From the NCBI GenBank assembly GCA_964565195.1, contig CAZMCQ010000005.1, forward strand, positions 30,697 to 94,696: 64,000 nt of DNA, given 5' to 3'. Both the position numbers and the translations under genes were made by a program. The notes beneath the pieces are model-generated. The model was not told the DNA's origin and did no database searches. It saw nothing but the letters and a program-made list of their open reading frames with translations. Shown piece after piece: positions 58,749 through 64,000 of this stretch (position 1 is the stretch's first letter; every line of letters begins with the position of its first letter). Source of the stretch: an uncultured Candidatus Saccharibacteria bacterium (GTDB lineage Bacteria > Patescibacteriota > Doudnabacteria > UBA920 > 2-01-FULL-46-14).

Positions 58749-59264
58749 ATGCCATTGAATAAAAAAATAATATTGCTGGCAGGCGCTTTACTCGTGCTTT
58801 CGGGGGCGGGTTATTTTTTATTTATACAAGAACAGGCGAGGGAGCGCGAGGAGAATCCTATAGATAAAATCTCCTCTTCAAATTTTAAAGATCTAAAACC
58901 AGTTGCTGCTCCCAAAGAAATCCCGACGGGATTTCCGGACAAGTATCTGCCGGTGCCGCGCTCGGAACTGAATGCGCAAAATATTTTGTATGGCCAGCAA
59001 GTCACGGAAAATGAACAAGTCTCCTTTTCTTTGAGTTTTGATATCAACCGGACCCCAGAACAGATTTTGGATTTTTATAGAAAATTATTTGCCGCAGAGG
59101 GCTGGCAGAACCAAACTATTTCAGCCGATGAACAGGCGAGACTGGATCCGAATCAAACTCGTCTGCGCGCCTTCAGCCAAGACGGCATTATGGCTTTTGT
59201 CGTTACCGTCGAAAAACTGGAGGAAGGTCTAACTCGTATTGCAATTCTCTATGCTCCATTTTAG
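58749..59264 (+). CDS. Membrane-anchored protein with GFP...GW motif (paralog of 53535..53999)
   Basis: TM helix IILLAGALLVLSGAGYFLFI. Shared motifs with the ORF at 53535..53999. Immediately upstream of the giant adhesin gene, which overlaps its 3' end. Confidence 0.6.
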   Translation: MPLNKKIILLAGALLVLSGAGYFLFIQEQAREREENPIDKISSSNFKDLKPVAAPKEIPTGFPDKYLPVPRSELNAQNILYGQQVTENEQVSFSLSFDINRTPEQILDFYRKLFAAEGWQNQTISADEQARLDPNQTRLRAFSQDGIMAFVVTVEKLEEGLTRIAILYAPF

Positions 59265-62200
59265 GCGATATTTTTCCCAACAACTGCCCTACCTTTTGTT
59301 GTTTTTTGGAATTGCGGTTTGGTTTTTTTTGCTTTGGTCTCAAGTTGAAGCGGCTCCTCCAGGATCATGTTCTGGACCATCCAATTTTGGCATTGACAAC
59401 GTTTGTGCGGCTTTCAGCAACCACCGGCCCTCTTATGTACCGGATAATTTTACTCTGCCAGTCCCGAATTCAGAAAATGACCCTCGTTTTTCTATCGCTA
59501 TAGTTTACCCCATCAAGTTTTATACCAGGAATGTTTTGGGTAGATTTACAGTTGATGAGAAATCGCCTGATGTTACAGGGGGGGGCTCGGTTCCAGTTTG
59601 TGATCTTGGTGAAGGATATGGGTACGCATCCTTTGATGCCTTTTATGGAGGCGATCACTACGCCGGCACTGATAGCTGTATGGCACCAGCCCCTCGCATC
59701 CTTAGAGATGATCTGGGTTTGGCAGGGGATAAGGAATACAAATATTATGGAGAATTATTTGATAACATAAGGGGGCGGGTTATTGATAGTACCAATCCCG
59801 ATCCACTTAACAGAAGTTCGCTTTGCGCTGTTATTTCGCCTGGCGATTATTGCAGCTATACCGTCGTTCGGGTTTATGTACCCAAGCCGCAGCTTGCGGC
59901 GAGCGGCCCGGCCTCGCGGAGCGCCAATGAGACGAGCGTGGCCATCGCGCTCGCCGGCAGCCAGTCATCGCTTGGGAGCGGGACCAGCAGTCAGGGACGG
60001 GACAAGCTCATTTACCGCTATTGGGTGGATGGCAATGCCCCCAGCAGCGATACCAATACGGGCGCGCGAAGTTTCAACACCAACCTGAATCTGAATTTGG
60101 ACTGCAACGCGCACACCGTAACCGTGGAGCTGCGCAACGGCTACCCCCAAGTGCCGAACGTCAATCCGGTGAGCAAGACAGTCAATGTTCCCGCCTGTGC
60201 CAAGTCGGTCACCATTCAGGGCCGGGTCTGGTATGACGAGGATCGCAACGGCACGCAGGATGGCTATATCAAGCGGCCTTTTATCTCCTGCAGCGGATTG
60301 GATGTCGGCCATGTGATCACCCTGAATACCGGCCAGTCTGCTTATTTGGATGGCTGTGATGCCGCGGGCGCCACCTACCAGTTTACGGGCTTGCCTTTGG
60401 CGGATTACACAATAACTTTGGGCGGGCTGTCTGGCTGGCATTTGTTGAGTACCAATCCGGTCACGGTTACGAAAGCGGAATTTGAGGCAAAAAATTATGT
60501 CGCTGATGTTTGGTTTGCGGTCCAGAAGGATGCCCCGCCGCCGCCGGGAAGTTTCACGCTCTCGGTTAGCAAAGATGGCACTGGCTCGGGCACAGTGACG
60601 AGCGCGCCGGCCGGCATCAATTGCGGGGTAACCTGCAGCGCCAATTTCACTGATGGCACGAGTGTTGCCTTGACCGCGAGTGCGGCCTCCGGCTCAACCT
60701 TTGGCGGCTGGAGCGGGGCCTGTTCTGGCACGGGCGGCTGCAGCGTAACTATGAATGCGAACAAGACCGCCACCGCGACTTTTACCAAGACCGGCGGGGG
60801 CGGCAGTTTGGAGGTCACTTTGACGGCCAGCCCATTTTCCGGCACCGGCACAATCAATTCCACTTTATCCGCCTCGGTCAACACTGCCTCAAGTTCGGGA
60901 ACGCCAGTGCCGCCCTACACTTATTCTTTTGATTGCACGAGTGACGGAACATACGAGCATGTCTCCGCTCCAACCAACAGCAACCCTTATTCGTTCAGCA
61001 CTTGCACTTATAGTTCCAGCAGTACCGCAAAAGTTGATGTGGCGGACAGCGCCGGGCAAAGAGGCAGCGCTACGACCCCGATTACGATTGGCGCGCCGCA
61101 GCCGCAAGGCGACACCTGTCCGCAAAATTCCAGCGACCCGGACAACCCTTATGAAGCGCCGCGCGATAAATACAGCGCCTGCGTCTTCAGTAATACCACG
61201 TTGAGCCCCGGCTCAACCTCGCCGCTTGGCGTGTTTGATAATCAATATGCCGGTTATTTTGAGGAAACGCCTCTTGCCCCGCCGCCTTCCGGCCGCGTCC
61301 GTCACGATTACGGCAACGGGAAACCAAAGTGCGGCACGACCGGCGCGCCGGCGCCGACCAATGACTGCAACGGCAACGATAATTTTTCCATCCGCTGGAT
61401 GGGTAATTTTTCCTTTAACCGCGGCCAGTACCGGTTCACGGCCCGCGCCGATGACGGCGTACGACTGTACGTTGACGGCACGCGCATCATTGACGCCTGG
61501 CGCGACCAGCCGCCGACGACTTATACCGCGGACCGCGCTTTGAGCGCCGGCTATCATGCCGTGCAGGTGGAATACTACGAAAAAGGCGGCGGCGCGTATA
61601 TCGAATTTTACTGGGAACTCCTGCCGTGCACCACAGTTGTCAATGGCGATAAGGCCGTGGTTACAAGCGATCTTGGCACAGTCGGAACTGCGCTCAATCC
61701 CGGCGGAATCGCCTGGAACGCGGGCGACCCGATTCCGCGCGAAGTGGCCCTCACCATGCGCAACTGCGGCGACACCACCTGGCAGGCCGCAAACCATTAT
61801 CGCCTCGGCGCGACGAATGATGTGACCATCTGGGGCGCCGGGCGAGTGCGGATGAGCAGCGCTGATTCCTGGGGCGGCACCGTGAGCAACAAAACCCCCA
61901 AAGACACCGTTGCCCCCAATGAGAGCATTACCTTTACGTTTGACGTGACCGCGCCATCCGAGGACGCAGTGAAAAACGGCCGGGATTCAAGCGGCGCCAA
62001 GATTTGTACGAAACAATCCGGTAATACTTATAACTGCAATTTCCGCTACCAGATGCTCCATGAAGCCGTGGCCTGGTTTCCGGACATCGCGGCCGCAACC
62101 GTGAAGGTCGTGATTGATCCCTGTTCGCGCAGCTACCCGCGCGACAGCTGGCAGGCGTGCATCTATAACAAGTCGCCGTTCAACGACTTCGATGCGGCGT

Positions 62201-64000
62201 TTTTCCACAAGGAGATTAGCGATGCTGTGCCGAAGACTAATGCCTACCCGGCGCCGCCGCCGCGGAAAATTTACCATGACTGGGGGGAGAGCGGCCCGCT
62301 CGGCCCGGCCACGACCAACTCCGGACCGCCTTTTTACCTTACCGAGGAGACCGGCAACCCGGTAGATGATTTCAGCGTGCGCTGGCGGGGCAAGTTTAAG
62401 TTTGATAGCGCCGAGTATCAATTTGCGGCCTGCAGCGACGACGGCATCCGTATCTACGTGGATGGTGAAGCGGCAAGCAACCGCATTCTTGAGGACTGGC
62501 GCCCGCGCGCATGCGATGATCCCTCTGGCAGCAGCGGCCGGGTGACGGCGAACAAAGTCTTGGCCGCGGGCGACCACCAAATTATGGTGGAGTATTTTGA
62601 AAGCAGCGGCCAGGCAGTAATTGATGTTTATTGGGAAAAGGTCACGGTTTTGGCGCCAATTGCTGATCCCACGGCTGCGCCCTTTTGTTCTGGCAGTGAT
62701 TCCAAAGCCACCATCTCCTGGAGCGAGGCCGGCCGTGGCAGCGCTGGCTACTTCGTGGATATAGACAATGATAATAACTGGAACAATGGTTTTTGGAATA
62801 AAAATATTCCGTCAGGAACTTTGTCCACCACTGCGCCGGACGGATTTAACGGCTATAATGGGCCGAGCGGGCCGATGCCGCCCCTGCAAGCCGGGGCAAC
62901 CTACCAGGTCCGCATTTTCTACATTGCCACCGGCGAGCACTCCAGTACCGTAAGTTTCAAGGCGAGCACCTGTACCGGCACCTTTACCATCAACGTCGCG
63001 CCGGCCACGCGCACGATCACCCAGGGCGACGCGACGACCTACAATGTCAATGTTTCCTGCAGCGGCAGCTTCGCGGGTCCGGTGACGAATCTGAACGTAA
63101 CCAATCTGCACACCAACACGAACCCTTCTTTCAATCCGACTTCCATAAACTGCAGCGGCCCGGGGGGCAACTCCACGCTTACCATTACCACCTCGGCCGC
63201 GACGCAAACCGGCACCAAAACCCTGAACGTCAATGGCGACGGGGCCGGCGCGGGCACGCAGACCGGCAATGCGGACCTGACCGTCAATGCTCTCGAGCCG
63301 CCGGAAGAGCCGTGCGTCAACAACTGCACTCCGCCGCCGCCCACGGGCGGGTGCTCCGGAACCAATTGCACCAATCCGCCGCCGGGTTTGGGCGGGCAGC
63401 TCGGCGTCGCGGTAAGCTGCGAGCAGATTCTGTTCGCCTGGCAGGACAGGTCCGATAACGAAGACGGCTTCCATGTCTGGCGCGCGCCGTCGTTTGGCGG
63501 GACGACATTGACTTATGAGGGCCGGACCTATTCGCTGCTTGGCACCAAGGGTGCGAACGTGGAATATCATCTTGATACCACCGCTCTCCCTGACCAGTCC
63601 TATTGGTACGCGGTGACCAGCTACAATGCCGGCGGCGATTCCGCAGCAGATGGCCTGGGCCCGATTTTCAATACCGCTTGCGCGGCAAATCTCTCGCTGT
63701 CCGACAAAGTGATTGATTCCGTGAACGGCAGTCCTTACGTCGTCGGGCAGTCCATCAAAAACGGGGACACTGTGCGGTTCCGCATCATCATCAACAACAG
63801 CGGCAATACGGCGGCCTACGACGTGTATGTGGACGATACCATCTCGAGCAACCTGCAGTACACCGGCAACCCGACGATCCAGCGCGGCTCGGGCTCGGAG
63901 AGCGGCATTTCCGTTTCCCAAAACGGGCAGAATCTGATTTTTGACGCTGGTCGGAACCTCGGCGACAAGGATGCCGACAGCCAGAACTGGCTTGTGCGGT
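59251..64000 (+). CDS. Giant secreted multidomain surface/adhesin-like protein with two PA14 domains, 3'-truncated by the window edge (over 1580 codons in the window)
   Basis: Frame 1 is open from the TAA at 59230..59232 to nt 64000. The supplied ORF track lists no frame-1 + ORF after 59251. N-terminus MLHFRRYFSQQLPYLLLFFGIAVWFFLLWSQVEA (ATG 59251; alternative TTG 59239 with AGGAAGG 11 nt upstream). PA14-like blocks: NDNFSIRWMGNFSFNRGQYRFTARADDGVRLYVDGTRIIDAW...YHAVQVEYYEKGG and DDFSVRWRGKFKFDSAEYQFAACSDDGIRIYVDGE...DHQIMVEYFESSG. Also a Cna-B/SdrD-B-like region, a divergent InlB-B-repeat-like region, an FN3-like region and DUF11/CARDB-like segments. Confidence 0.85.
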   Translation, partial: MLHFRRYFSQQLPYLLLFFGIAVWFFLLWSQVEAAPPGSCSGPSNFGIDNVCAAFSNHRPSYVPDNFTLPVPNSENDPRFSIAIVYPIKFYTRNVLGRFTVDEKSPDVTGGGSVPVCDLGEGYGYASFDAFYGGDHYAGTDSCMAPAPRILRDDLGLAGDKEYKYYGELFDNIRGRVIDSTNPDPLNRSSLCAVISPGDYCSYTVVRVYVPKPQLAASGPASRSANETSVAIALAGSQSSLGSGTSSQGRDKLIYRYWVDGNAPSSDTNTGARSFNTNLNLNLDCNAHTVTVELRNGYPQVPNVNPVSKTVNVPACAKSVTIQGRVWYDEDRNGTQDGYIKRPFISCSGLDVGHVITLNTGQSAYLDGCDAAGATYQFTGLPLADYTITLGGLSGWHLLSTNPVTVTKAEFEAKNYVADVWFAVQKDAPPPPGSFTLSVSKDGTGSGTVTSAPAGINCGVTCSANFTDGTSVALTASAASGSTFGGWSGACSGTGGCSVTMNANKTATATFTKTGGGGSLEVTLTASPFSGTGTINSTLSASVNTASSSGTPVPPYTYSFDCTSDGTYEHVSAPTNSNPYSFSTCTYSSSSTAKVDVADSAGQRGSATTPITIGAPQPQGDTCPQNSSDPDNPYEAPRDKYSACVFSNTTLSPGSTSPLGVFDNQYAGYFEETPLAPPPSGRVRHDYGNGKPKCGTTGAPAPTNDCNGNDNFSIRWMGNFSFNRGQYRFTARADDGVRLYVDGTRIIDAWRDQPPTTYTADRALSAGYHAVQVEYYEKGGGAYIEFYWELLPCTTVVNGDKAVVTSDLGTVGTALNPGGIAWNAGDPIPREVALTMRNCGDTTWQAANHYRLGATNDVTIWGAGRVRMSSADSWGGTVSNKTPKDTVAPNESITFTFDVTAPSEDAVKNGRDSSGAKICTKQSGNTYNCNFRYQMLHEAVAWFPDIAAATVKVVIDPCSRSYPRDSWQACIYNKSPFNDFDAAFFHKEISDAVPKTNAYPAPPPRKIYHDWGESGPLGPATTNSGPPFYLTEETGNPVDDFSVRWRGKFKFDSAEYQFAACSDDGIRIYVDGEAASNRILEDWRPRACDDPSGSSGRVTANKVLAAGDHQIMVEYFESSGQAVIDVYWEKVTVLAPIADPTAAPFCSGSDSKATISWSEAGRGSAGYFVDIDNDNNWNNGFWNKNIPSGTLSTTAPDGFNGYNGPSGPMPPLQAGATYQVRIFYIATGEHSSTVSFKASTCTGTFTINVAPATRTITQGDATTYNVNVSCSGSFAGPVTNLNVTNLHTNTNPSFNPTSINCSGPGGNSTLTITTSAATQTGTKTLNVNGDGAGAGTQTGNADLTVNALEPPEEPCVNNCTPPPPTGGCSGTNCTNPPPGLGGQLGVAVSCEQILFAWQDRSDNEDGFHVWRAPSFGGTTLTYEGRTYSLLGTKGANVEYHLDTTALPDQSYWYAVTSYNAGGDSAADGLGPIFNTACAANLSLSDKVIDSVNGSPYVVGQSIKNGDTVRFRIIINNSGNTAAYDVYVDDTISSNLQYTGNPTIQRGSGSESGISVSQNGQNLIFDAGRNLGDKDADSQNWLVR

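Noticed and set aside
59306-60088. Three short + ORFs (59306..59503, 59531..59770, 59783..60088) listed in the ORF track
   Set aside because: All are in frame 2 inside the 5' part of the giant frame-1 ORF. Frame 1 carries the signal peptide and domain signatures, whereas these look random.
59965-63921. Series of long minus-strand ORFs (e.g. 62812..63921 at 369 aa, 61987..62580, 61213..61797, 59965..60441), Gly/Arg/Ala-rich
   Set aside because: They lie antisense inside the continuous frame-1 giant ORF. Their composition is typical of antisense frames in high-GC coding DNA, and they have no starts with an RBS.

Overview
This 64-kb window is a gene-dense chromosomal segment of about 58% GC. 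Its features point to a streamlined monoderm bacterium, possibly CPR/Patescibacteria-like, but that is inference only: short valS and hrcA, a type IV pilus (T4P) locus with no secretin, tRNA-Ile/tRNA-Ala not in an rRNA operon, and a giant surface protein.

Gene order, left to right:
- rpoB (5' partial) and rpoC.
- An AT-rich islet.
- valS and tsaD.
- An ABC/Nramp/metalloprotease/ABC block.
- tRNA-Glu, typA, a HAD hydrolase, an FNR-like oxidoreductase and trxB.
- A small compositionally atypical islet holding a YdcF-like gene and an unknown gene.
- efp, rpsR, ssb, rpsF and ychF.
- A small coupled ORF, a phosphomannomutase, a 100-aa ORF and trpS.
- A second AT-rich islet.
- rnj, tRNA-Leu, a family-5 SBP, secG, and divergent uvrC and uvrA.
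- thrC, then CIRCE-hrcA-grpE-dnaK-dnaJ.
- tRNA-Ala, a small membrane ORF and tRNA-Ile.
- A T4P locus: pilM-pilN-pilO, a small membrane protein, pilB, a pseudo-receiver, pilT, pilC, two pilins, pilD and a repeat-laden minor pilin.
- Three secreted proteins bracketed by two paralogous membrane-anchored proteins.
- A >1580-codon giant ORF with PA14 domains that runs off the window end. It is missing from the supplied ORF track.

The most notable non-core signals are:
- Two AT-rich islets, each carrying one of a pair of paralogous small coiled-coil proteins and a copy of a conserved nested palindrome.
- A dispersed heptanucleotide repeat family (GGGAATT/AATTCCC, TTTCTAA, TTGGTCA) that sits inside uvrC, tsaD and the minor-pilin leader.
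- A G8 tract in the giant adhesin gene.
- In-frame palindromic insertions inside uvrC.
- A pilus-locus receiver domain with Glu at the phospho-acceptor position.

No CRISPR array, rRNA, transposase or integrase was seen.
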